DNA of 64,000 nucleotides from Bacteroidia bacterium (GTDB taxonomy: Bacteria > Bacteroidota > Bacteroidia > SpSt-205): NCBI GenBank assembly GCA_039630325.1, contig JBCNVG010000041.1:10212-74211 (forward strand), in the 5' to 3' direction. Numbering within the stretch: position 1 is the stretch's first letter; each line of letters starts with the position of its first letter. The translations under genes were made by a program, and so were the position numbers. Below the pieces are notes generated by a model. The model was not told the DNA's origin. It saw only the letters and a program-made list of their open reading frames with translations, and made no database searches. Of the stretch, positions 47,170-55,568 are shown piece after piece.

Positions 47170-48336
47170 ATGGTATGGCTTTTTATTTCCCCGGAGTTTC
47201 CCCCAAACTATTATCTTTTTCCCTGGCATTTCAAAAGTTTAGGTGGGACTGCTGTGGGGATCGGACATACCCTCTATCACCATCTTCCCCCTCATGTCAT
47301 TCAATCGTTGGATTGGTACGAATACGTACCCGACCTCCACGATACAGAGGCCGTCATCGCTGCTGCGCAGCGGATTTTTGAACAATTCGGAAAGATTGAT
47401 GGCGTAGACTCCTTCAATGAATACTGGCTTCCATTAGAAGCAGCTATCCGCGAAGCCCTGGATATTCCCGGATATCGTCCCGCCCAACTGCCAGACTTTC
47501 AGCAGAAAAGCCGCATGAAAGATTACTTCCGACGAGCAGGCATCTCCCCCATCCCAGGTCAAGTAGTGCATACGCCCGCAGAGGTAGAAGCCTTCGTCAG
47601 AGAGCATCAGCTCCCCATAATAGCCAAGCCGGACAAAGGCGTCGGCGCCAGCGCTACGTTCAAAATTGCCACCCCAGAAGCCCTCAAGCACTTTCTCTCC
47701 AACTTCCGCCCTGGATATCTTCTGGAAAAGTTCATCACAGGCCCGATTCAAACCTACGACGGCTTAGTGGATGGAAATGGTAGCATAGTCTTCGCTGCTT
47801 CGCTGGAATACAGCCGAGGGGTAGCTGAAGTGGTAAGTGAGGACACAGATATTTTTTACTGGGTTCAGCGGGAGATTCCCCCTGATGTAGCTGAGATTGG
47901 ACCTCGAATCGTGAAAGCCTATGAGCTGCGCGGACGATTTTTTCACTTTGAGTTTATTCGGTCCTCAGAAACCGGGCAGATTTACCCACTGGAAGTCAAT
48001 ATGCGCCCTCCAGGCTATCCGACCATAGATCTCTTCGACTTTGCGCATGATATAGACCTCTATCGCCTATGGGCTGAGGTAACTCATGGGTATCCAGTCA
48101 CCCCGCCGCCCCCAGCTAAGTATTATGTATGCTATATTTCCCGCAAAAATCACATTGGATACATGCATACCCATGAAGAAATTCTGCGCAAAATGCAACC
48201 GGTGCTGCTCTACCATGCAGAGACTAATCCTCTCTTTAGGGCAGCAATGGGAGACTATCACTATGTCATCCGCACGCTTGACAAAGAGGAGATGTTAGAA
48301 TTTGCGTATTTAGCGCAAAAGCGTCTGACCCTATGA
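47170..48336 (+). CDS. ATP-grasp family carboxylate-amine ligase (unknown substrate)
   Basis: Pre-ATP-grasp and ATP-grasp segments are recognisable: ...QQKSRMKDYFRRAGISPIPGQVVHTPAEVEAFVREHQLPIIAKPDKGVGASATFKI... and ...RFFHFEFIRSSETGQIYPLEVNMRPPG... Confidence 0.65.
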   Translation: MVWLFISPEFPPNYYLFPWHFKSLGGTAVGIGHTLYHHLPPHVIQSLDWYEYVPDLHDTEAVIAAAQRIFEQFGKIDGVDSFNEYWLPLEAAIREALDIPGYRPAQLPDFQQKSRMKDYFRRAGISPIPGQVVHTPAEVEAFVREHQLPIIAKPDKGVGASATFKIATPEALKHFLSNFRPGYLLEKFITGPIQTYDGLVDGNGSIVFAASLEYSRGVAEVVSEDTDIFYWVQREIPPDVAEIGPRIVKAYELRGRFFHFEFIRSSETGQIYPLEVNMRPPGYPTIDLFDFAHDIDLYRLWAEVTHGYPVTPPPPAKYYVCYISRKNHIGYMHTHEEILRKMQPVLLYHAETNPLFRAAMGDYHYVIRTLDKEEMLEFAYLAQKRLTL

Positions 48337-49064
48337 ACATCACACATGCCCGATGGTGGGTTTCCAGCTTAGGGCGGGAAATGGGTATCAATCGGTATGG
48401 AGACCGCGGCATAGTATTTTTAGGCTTTCCAGCCCAAGAGGGTGACCACCGCAATCTGGAGTCCTTTGGACTCATCCCCAGCATCGCTCACTACATTGAG
48501 TCAGGAAAGGTTCAGTTTTTCACCATAGATAGCTATGATGCAGAGAGTTGGACGAGTCAAACCCTTCCCCCAGCCGAACGCAGCCTGCGGTATGAAGCTT
48601 TCGTACAATACGTGCTAAATGAGGTGCTTCCTTTCATCCGACAACATACGACAGAACCCATATTCACCACTGGCGTGAGTATGGGGGCCTATCATGCGGC
48701 AAACTTCCTCTTCCGCTTCCCTCATCAGTTTGCGGGGACTGTGGCCCTAAGCGGCGTATATGAACTCTCGGAGTTTTTGGGAGATTATGGGGATGAGATC
48801 GTCTACCTCAATAGCCCCCTCTGGTTCCTCCCTAATCTCACCGATGAATACTACTTGGAGGAGCTGCGGAAGAAGAAGATTATCTTGTGCGTTGGACAGG
48901 GAGCTTGGGAAGAGCCTATGCTCACTCAGACCCGTCGGATGGCGGAAATCCTCGCCGCTAAGCACATTCCCGCCTGGGTAGACATCTGGGGACCCGATGT
49001 ACATCATGACTGGCCCTGGTGGAAGGTTCAAATGGATTATTTCCTCAGCAAACTAACTACATAA
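48333..49064 (+). CDS. Esterase-family alpha/beta hydrolase (esterase D / Fes-like 'putative esterase')
   Basis: Nucleophile elbow GVSMGAY in ...TTGVSMGAYHAANFLFRFP.... Size is 243 aa. ATGA-coupled to the ATP-grasp gene. Confidence 0.65.
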   Translation: MNITHARWWVSSLGREMGINRYGDRGIVFLGFPAQEGDHRNLESFGLIPSIAHYIESGKVQFFTIDSYDAESWTSQTLPPAERSLRYEAFVQYVLNEVLPFIRQHTTEPIFTTGVSMGAYHAANFLFRFPHQFAGTVALSGVYELSEFLGDYGDEIVYLNSPLWFLPNLTDEYYLEELRKKKIILCVGQGAWEEPMLTQTRRMAEILAAKHIPAWVDIWGPDVHHDWPWWKVQMDYFLSKLTT

Positions 49065-49260
49065 ACAAGCCTGCGAGACAGACAAGTTTTCGGCTTTCGC
49101 CTATATAGCTTCGTCGGAAGCATGAGACTTTGGCAGTAGCCGACCTCTTGTTCAAAACGCAAAGAGGCTGGTTTCAAGCAGAGCCACCCGCCGTAGGAAA
49201 GCATATTACCAACAATCTTTCTTTTGATAAACGTTCTAACTCTTGCCCTACCTTTGCCTC

Positions 49261-49773
49261 ATGGCAGCTTCAGTTACTCTCAAAGGGCAGCCCTTATCTC
49301 TGGCAGGAGCCCCTCTGCCGGTCGGAGCGTTTGCGCCTCAGGTATGTCTGGTGCGTAGAGACAATCAAGAAATCTTCGCCGGCGGAGCAGCAGGCAAGCC
49401 CCAGATTCTTATTACAGTGCCTTCCTTAGATACCCCCGTGTGCGCCGCTGAAGCTAAAAAATTCAACGAGGCGCTCTCGCAGTTAGGGGATAAGATCTCA
49501 GCAGTGGTGGTCTCTATGGACCTTCCCTTTGCCCAGAACCGATACTGTGAGAGCTATCAAGTGAGCGGGATCACCGTTGCTTCGGACTACCGTTATCGGG
49601 ATATGGTAAAGTATGGGGTAGTCATAGCGGAGGGGGCTTTACGAGGGATTTTGGCCCGAGCGGTATTTGTCATAGATGGCAGCGGCACAATCACTTACAC
49701 CGAGCTGGTCCCCGAAATAGGCCAAGAGCCTAACTACGAAGCAGCCTTAGCAGCGATTAGAGCGCTGGTGTAG
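49261..49773 (+). CDS. tpx: Thiol peroxidase (atypical 2-Cys peroxiredoxin Tpx)
   Basis: ...ILITVPSLDTPVCAAEAKKFN... carries the peroxidatic Cys and ...RYCESY... the resolving Cys. Start chosen at MAASVTLKG. Confidence 0.85.
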   Translation: MAASVTLKGQPLSLAGAPLPVGAFAPQVCLVRRDNQEIFAGGAAGKPQILITVPSLDTPVCAAEAKKFNEALSQLGDKISAVVVSMDLPFAQNRYCESYQVSGITVASDYRYRDMVKYGVVIAEGALRGILARAVFVIDGSGTITYTELVPEIGQEPNYEAALAAIRALV

Positions 49774-49795
49774 GTAGCCCTACCGATTCTCATAT

Positions 49796-52700
49796 CTACT
49801 CCACATAGAGCTTCTCATACTCTCCTTGCCTCTCCAGAAGGTATACACCAGGCGAGAGTCTCTCTCCTCGAAAGTTACGAGGCTCCCATAGGATAGGGGC
49901 ATCGCTATCTGTCCCATGAATGACGGCGCACAGTTCACCCGCTGATGAAAATACCCGAATCTGTTCACCCGGACCCAGTCCCCACACGTGTAGTATTTTT
50001 TGAGCCGCTTTGAATGGATTGGGGAAAAATCCCCATTTCTTACGCATGTGCCCTGAGAACGAAAAAGCTACACTACTGGGACAATCAGCCCCACCCCATC
50101 GCCAACGAACTACCAGGGGCTGTACCTCAGCGTTCGTAGTCAGGCGTAGACGAATCCTATTCGGAAGGCTATCTACGGATAGTACTTCACCATAGGGGAG
50201 GACTTCGTACTGCTCTTTGTCGTAAGCTTGGGATGGGGGTGAATAAGCAAACTCTATCTCCAAGGTATTAGGCTCCTGAACCTCCCAGCGCACAGGAAAA
50301 GCGCATGAAGCAGAATAGCTGCGCTGCACCGCTAACTGGCCGCAATCACCTCGTAGATACATCCCACGACTATCTACAAGGAGCGTGTCTACATACAGAG
50401 ACTCCACCCAAGTGGAAGCGGGAAATCCCAGTATCCAAGTAGCCCCACTTGCCAAGGCAAAGAAGGGAGGAATAGAGTCTGGCATCAATCGAAACACCTC
50501 TGCCTGTTCGCCCTCCCAAGCCCCCGTGCCACGCACCCTGCATACTCCAGTACCGTCCACCACAGCTTCCGTAAAGCAAGGCCGATCACCAGGCATGAGA
50601 AAAAAAGGAGAGGAGCTTACCCCATTGGCTTCCACGAGAAAGGCGTAGCGCTCTCCTGGACTAAGCCCTGTTTCTATGAAGGTGGTATCTGGGCCAGCAT
50701 AGCGAATCTCTACCATGCTACTACTAAGTGAGAAGCGATACAAGCGGTAAGTGGAAACGGAAGGCAGCTTATGCCAACGCAGCCGAGCAGAACTGGGAGA
50801 AAGGCCGCCAGGCTTTGCCCATACCACCGCCGAAGAGGGTGGCGTGACATAGCCGTAAAACCTCGGTAAAGTATCTCGTCCCATGAGCACTCGTAAGTTT
50901 CCGTTCTGTGACCACAGCCCAAAAACCTCCCATGCGCCTCTGTCAAATCCCTCCCCCACCCAGCGAGTGGGTGTTAGGTGTCCGACATAGAGGTGAGGTG
51001 GAAGCCATACTATCACCTTCAAACCATCCAAAAATAGACGGGCGTACCCACTGGTTCCGCCCCAGAAGCGCTCGCGCCAAAGAGTAGTACCTGTTCGGAC
51101 AGAAAAAAGTCCGATTTCCCACCAGTCTTTGGAAGCTCCCTGCCCCAAGTATAGAATCTCGGCCCAGCCGTCTGCATCGACATCCACAGGGGAAATGTGG
51201 GAGCCTACATCAGCCAGGTGAGTAGATACCGCTCTAAATAAAGCGCCTGCTGAGGTGTACACAAAGATCCAGCCCGAGTAGTTTCCGAATGCCCACAGAG
51301 TTTCCGCAGGGGTAGGCACAGTAATCAAACGAGGAGTAGTGGTAGTTCCACTCCAAGGTACGGTATCTTCCAGGGAAAGTAGGCGTCCTTGGGTCAAATG
51401 GTGAAGTTCGTAAGCTCCGGTCTCAGTGCGCAGCCACACAGCAGTGGGGTAAGCAAGACGAGCTGCTCGTCCTTGCCCCTTCCATAATAGATTCTTTGGA
51501 GGGGAGCCGCCAAATACGAAGAAACTATCTATCCACACGCATAGGAGTTCGGGATTGCCGTCCCCATCCCAGTCCGCTAAATCCCGTGGAAAGAGGGGAA
51601 ACACACTTATGCTATCGTAGGGCTGATAAGCACTACCCTGACGACGCAGGTAATATATCCTTCCAAGTCGAGCATCATCTGGGCGCAGTCCGCTGACAAT
51701 GAGATCGTTTTCACCATCTGCGTCCCAGTCCTGACCTACCCGGGGTAGATAAACGCCCAATGGAGCAGAGGCGACAGGCAGTTGCCAAGATATAGAGGCT
51801 AAACTCTGAGGCGGACTAAGGGGCAAACTGAGAGGGCTTCGGAAAGTGTCTGAGAAGGTACGCAAGACAAGCTCTGCTGCCCTTGTACCCGAAGGTAGCC
51901 ATATGGCTCCCACAGAGTCAACTCGGTCTGCACATTCAAACCGCCCATCTGTGGTGATACACCCTTGGGCGGGAAAACTTACTGCCCAGTTTACAATAGG
52001 GCCAGATAAGCCTGAATACCACCCAGGAGCCACCTGAAGGTCTCGCAAGCTCAGTCCTAAAGGCTCGTAGGTGAAGCTTAGGAGATAAGCCACTTCCCGA
52101 CCGCTGCGAAGTCGCAGCCGAAGGCGTAAATGCGAAGTTCCTCGTGGAGGGAGCCAACCGTCCAAAGTATCGCGTTCTCGAGCCTGCCTACCCCTTCTGA
52201 GCATTGTCCAGGGACCCTCTAACGAAGTCGCATAGCTAACATCCCACTCAGATAAGAGGCTATGGTAAGTTGAAAAAACAAACTGCACCCTCCCACGAAG
52301 AAGGCTTTGATCAGCAGGATATAGCCATCCAGCCGTAGACTCCTGAGGATAATCCAAAGCAGGTAGTAGGGACAGCCTTCCGCTGCCAGTCGTGTAGCTC
52401 CATCCATTCCCAACTAAGGGAATGGCTCGACTGGCAAAGGTCGCTCGGACTGCTTCACTACTCAAGTATGGGTACTGACTCAAAAGTAGGGCAGCTGCCG
52501 CCGAAGTCAGAGCGGAGGCTACACTCGTCCCGCTAAGGGGCTGGATGGTGTTGTTAGGCAGAAGGGCGGGAATGCGGTCGGCTGGGGCGACCCAATCCAC
52601 TCGATAGTAACCAGATAAGGGCCAAAGATAGTACTTTCCCATGCCTTCATCATAGGCCAAGCCTCCTACGGCAATCACTTCGGGAAAGCCCGAGGGAAAG

Positions 52701-53677
52701 TGCGGGGCCCTGCCCGTTCCATTTCCAGAGGAGGCTATCACTACGCATCCTCGGGAAACGGCGTACCGTACAGCGGCATGCATCATCTGAGAGGGGCTAT
52801 GATCTCCGAAGCTGCAGTTGATGACCCGTGCTCCATTATCAGCGGCATAGATGATCGCCCGAGCAATGTCATCGTCCTCTCCGTATCCGTCGCCAGAGAA
52901 ACATCGTAGTACCATCAGTCGACACCCCGGAGCCACCCCCGCAATCGGAGAGAGATCGGCACGCGCACCGATGAGACTCGCCATAGCGGTACCGTGCCCA
53001 TTTTCATCACGGGGTAGAGGATCCGCACCGACTACATCTCCTATGCCCACGCTGAAAGGCTGATCGGTAAAATCATACCCTATCACATCATCCACGAAGC
53101 CATTTTGATCCTCGTCGACTCCGTTGAGGTCAGCCAGATCCAGAAGGCCGTTGCCATTCAAGTCCTCAGCGGAATTGACCCAAAACTGCCGATGAAAAGC
53201 TGGCAAGACCCATTCTATTCCGCTGTCTATGAGGGCAATGACGATTTCAGGGCTGCCTTGGGTACGAGTCCAAGCAGTCGTAGTGCCGAGGGCCATGTGG
53301 TGCCACCCCCGTAGTTGGACGCTACAGAGACGGCGCCGACTGGCCCCTTCTACGATTCGAACCTCAGGACTCGAACGGAGACGCTCCATGATCTCCACAG
53401 AATCTCCCCCTGCAAACCGCACTTCAAACCATCCTCGTAGAGGACTCTCAAGGTTCGAAACGAGCGGAGTGGCCTGCACGAGGCCTTGCCACACAGGCTG
53501 AGTTCGGAGAGTGGCGAGGGTAGACGTCTGGCGCAAAGCTCTCTGGAGCACTTCGCTGGCAACCTCTATGTAGAAGCTCTGCGCCACCACCCAGCCGATT
53601 AGCCCCCAAATCCACCGCATTTCTGGCAAAATACAACTAACAACCAAATAGCTAAAGCGAAAAATACCTCCCCTCAT
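49796..53677 (-). CDS. Large secreted subtilisin-like (S8) serine protease with FG-GAP-like repeats and a T9SS C-terminal sorting domain
   Basis: Catalytic triad motifs are present in order: ALIDSGIEW (Asp), HGTAMASLIG (His), GTSVASA (Ser). Several D.DGDG..E/D calcium-binding-like repeats follow (DWDADGENDLIV, DWDGDGNPELLC, DVDADGWAEILY). The C-terminal roughly 80 aa (...GEQIRVFSSAGEL...LSPGVYLLERQGEYEKLYVE) resembles a T9SS C-terminal domain. Confidence 0.8.
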   Translation of the reverse strand: MRGGIFRFSYLVVSCILPEMRWIWGLIGWVVAQSFYIEVASEVLQRALRQTSTLATLRTQPVWQGLVQATPLVSNLESPLRGWFEVRFAGGDSVEIMERLRSSPEVRIVEGASRRRLCSVQLRGWHHMALGTTTAWTRTQGSPEIVIALIDSGIEWVLPAFHRQFWVNSAEDLNGNGLLDLADLNGVDEDQNGFVDDVIGYDFTDQPFSVGIGDVVGADPLPRDENGHGTAMASLIGARADLSPIAGVAPGCRLMVLRCFSGDGYGEDDDIARAIIYAADNGARVINCSFGDHSPSQMMHAAVRYAVSRGCVVIASSGNGTGRAPHFPSGFPEVIAVGGLAYDEGMGKYYLWPLSGYYRVDWVAPADRIPALLPNNTIQPLSGTSVASALTSAAAALLLSQYPYLSSEAVRATFASRAIPLVGNGWSYTTGSGRLSLLPALDYPQESTAGWLYPADQSLLRGRVQFVFSTYHSLLSEWDVSYATSLEGPWTMLRRGRQARERDTLDGWLPPRGTSHLRLRLRLRSGREVAYLLSFTYEPLGLSLRDLQVAPGWYSGLSGPIVNWAVSFPAQGCITTDGRFECADRVDSVGAIWLPSGTRAAELVLRTFSDTFRSPLSLPLSPPQSLASISWQLPVASAPLGVYLPRVGQDWDADGENDLIVSGLRPDDARLGRIYYLRRQGSAYQPYDSISVFPLFPRDLADWDGDGNPELLCVWIDSFFVFGGSPPKNLLWKGQGRAARLAYPTAVWLRTETGAYELHHLTQGRLLSLEDTVPWSGTTTTPRLITVPTPAETLWAFGNYSGWIFVYTSAGALFRAVSTHLADVGSHISPVDVDADGWAEILYLGQGASKDWWEIGLFSVRTGTTLWRERFWGGTSGYARLFLDGLKVIVWLPPHLYVGHLTPTRWVGEGFDRGAWEVFGLWSQNGNLRVLMGRDTLPRFYGYVTPPSSAVVWAKPGGLSPSSARLRWHKLPSVSTYRLYRFSLSSSMVEIRYAGPDTTFIETGLSPGERYAFLVEANGVSSSPFFLMPGDRPCFTEAVVDGTGVCRVRGTGAWEGEQAEVFRLMPDSIPPFFALASGATWILGFPASTWVESLYVDTLLVDSRGMYLRGDCGQLAVQRSYSASCAFPVRWEVQEPNTLEIEFAYSPPSQAYDKEQYEVLPYGEVLSVDSLPNRIRLRLTTNAEVQPLVVRWRWGGADCPSSVAFSFSGHMRKKWGFFPNPFKAAQKILHVWGLGPGEQIRVFSSAGELCAVIHGTDSDAPILWEPRNFRGERLSPGVYLLERQGEYEKLYVE

Positions 53678-53700
53678 CTATGTTTCAGTATTTTGCGGGC

Positions 53701-55527
53701 ATGCGTATCGGGGCCGCCTCACTACGCACTACTCCTCTCGACTGGGAAGGCAATCGTCTCCGAATAGAGCAGCTTTTGGCAGAAGCTCGCTCACAGCAGG
53801 TAGACATAGTAGTTTTTCCAGAGCTGTGCCTGTCTGGATACGAATGCAGCGATTTTTTCTGGCATCCGTGGACAGCAGAAGCGGCATGGGAAAGTCTTCA
53901 ACTCCTGCTTCCCTCTACCCAAGGGCTGATTGTCGCCGTAGGACTCCCCTTAGAGATCTACGGTGAGTTATACAATGCGGCTGCCCTACTAAGCGATGGA
54001 GAAATCATAGGCTTTGCTCTCAAAAAGCACTTGCCTTATGATGCGGTTTTTTATGAGCCCCGGTGGTTCAAGCCAGCCCCCAAGTACCGCTTGATAGAAC
54101 CTAAAAGTCAAAAACCTGCGGGTTATGCGATACCTTTTCTCTGGGGCAAATACATTCTAACCTTAGAAATCTGTGAAGATGCTTGGCAGCCCAGGCGTCC
54201 TCTTACTTTTCACCGCACCCATATTGCTCTCAGCCTGAATGCCTCGCCGTTCGAAATGGACAAAACGCTCCGCAGACAGCGCCTCGCAGCGGAAAGTAGC
54301 TATCGGTATAAGTGTGTGTATGCCTATAGTAATCTGCTCGGAAATGAAGCGGGAAAGCTCTTGTATGACGGGGAGAGCTTGATAGCTTGGAGCGGAGAAA
54401 TCATAGCGGCTGCGGAACGGTTTTCCTATGAAGATGGGACGCTGGTATGGGCCGACATCCCCGAAGAAGAACTGAAAGCTGCTGGGCGAAAAAGTCGACT
54501 CCCTCTACCTGCTTCTCCAGTGGTTATTTTCCGCCCGTCTCCCCCACGCTCCGAGCACCCTCAACAATACCGCAAGCCTTCAACGCCGCCGAGGTTTCAT
54601 CGTTGGGCCGAGTTGACTGAAGCCATTGCGATGGGTCTGTGGGATTACCTTTGGAAAACCCAGAGTCGGGGGTTTGTGGTGTCACTCTCAGGCGGATTAG
54701 ACTCAGCTGCTTGCGCTTTCCTCGCCAAATATGCCTTAGATAAAGCCAAGCGGATCCTTTCTCCCCAGCTTTACCAGAGTCGACTGGCCTATATGAAAGG
54801 AGCAGAACCACAAGTTTACACCTTCTATCAAGCCACCGCTCAGAGCAGTGCAGAGACCTATGAACGAGCGCGAGCATTAGCCCAAGCGTTGAATATCCCT
54901 TTCCATCGCTGGGATGTGCAGCCCATCGTAGAGAGTTATGAAGCCTTGATAGAAAGCTGGTTGGGCCGGCCGCTCTCCTGGACAGAGGATGATATTCCTC
55001 GTCAAAACCTTCAAGCCCGCGTGCGAGTACCTGCCCTCTGGATGGCAGCTAACCTCCTGGGCGCTCTCCTCATCACGACCAGCAATCGGAGTGAACTTTC
55101 CGTAGGCTACTCCACTATGGACGGCGACTCCGCTGGCGGGATAGCCCCCATAGCCGGCGTAGCAAAATCGGATCTTCGAGAGTGGGCCCTATGGGCGGCC
55201 GAAACTTTCCATATTCCCCCCTTGAAAGCCATTGCTGAGGCTACTCCCACCGCCGAACTGCGCCCAGGCGGGCAGTCCGATGAAGAGGATCTCATGCCCT
55301 ACCCCCTCCTGAATGCCATCGAAACTCACTTAGTACAGAAGCAGCTCTCGCCCATCATGCTTCGCAGATACTTTGCTGGCAATGAAGATAAGGTCGAAAA
55401 GTTTCTCCGCCTCTTTCGTATCAGTCAATGGAAACGCGAACGCACAGCACCTGGCTTTCACGTAGATGGACACGATATGGACCCTCGCAGTGCGGCTCGC
55501 TTTCCGATACTGCATGCCCTGAGATAA
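53701..55527 (+). CDS. nadE: Glutamine-dependent NAD+ synthetase
   Basis: The N-terminal CN-hydrolase domain reads MRIGAASLRTTPLDWEGN...VVFPELCLSGY. The C-terminal PP-loop domain has SLSGGLDSAACAFL. Total length is about 610 aa. Confidence 0.85.
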   Translation: MRIGAASLRTTPLDWEGNRLRIEQLLAEARSQQVDIVVFPELCLSGYECSDFFWHPWTAEAAWESLQLLLPSTQGLIVAVGLPLEIYGELYNAAALLSDGEIIGFALKKHLPYDAVFYEPRWFKPAPKYRLIEPKSQKPAGYAIPFLWGKYILTLEICEDAWQPRRPLTFHRTHIALSLNASPFEMDKTLRRQRLAAESSYRYKCVYAYSNLLGNEAGKLLYDGESLIAWSGEIIAAAERFSYEDGTLVWADIPEEELKAAGRKSRLPLPASPVVIFRPSPPRSEHPQQYRKPSTPPRFHRWAELTEAIAMGLWDYLWKTQSRGFVVSLSGGLDSAACAFLAKYALDKAKRILSPQLYQSRLAYMKGAEPQVYTFYQATAQSSAETYERARALAQALNIPFHRWDVQPIVESYEALIESWLGRPLSWTEDDIPRQNLQARVRVPALWMAANLLGALLITTSNRSELSVGYSTMDGDSAGGIAPIAGVAKSDLREWALWAAETFHIPPLKAIAEATPTAELRPGGQSDEEDLMPYPLLNAIETHLVQKQLSPIMLRRYFAGNEDKVEKFLRLFRISQWKRERTAPGFHVDGHDMDPRSAARFPILHALR

Positions 55528-55568
55528 TCTGCACCAGTTCAGTCTGCTGCCAGTCTTATCTTTGTAGC

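Noticed and set aside
53620-53700. Bacteroidota-type -7 promoter box (TAnnTTTG) in the nadE/protease divergent region
   Set aside because: The best candidate, TATTTTGC, is off by one position from the consensus. It lies only 3-4 nt before the nadE ATG, too close to function as a -7 element for that gene
55428-55568. N-terminal extension of sppA (METRTHSTWLSRRW...) overlapping the nadE 3' end
   Set aside because: It is Cys- and Ser-rich and non-hydrophobic. SppA should begin with its TM anchor (MWRFLRLLLALILAFFL), which sits at the internal Met
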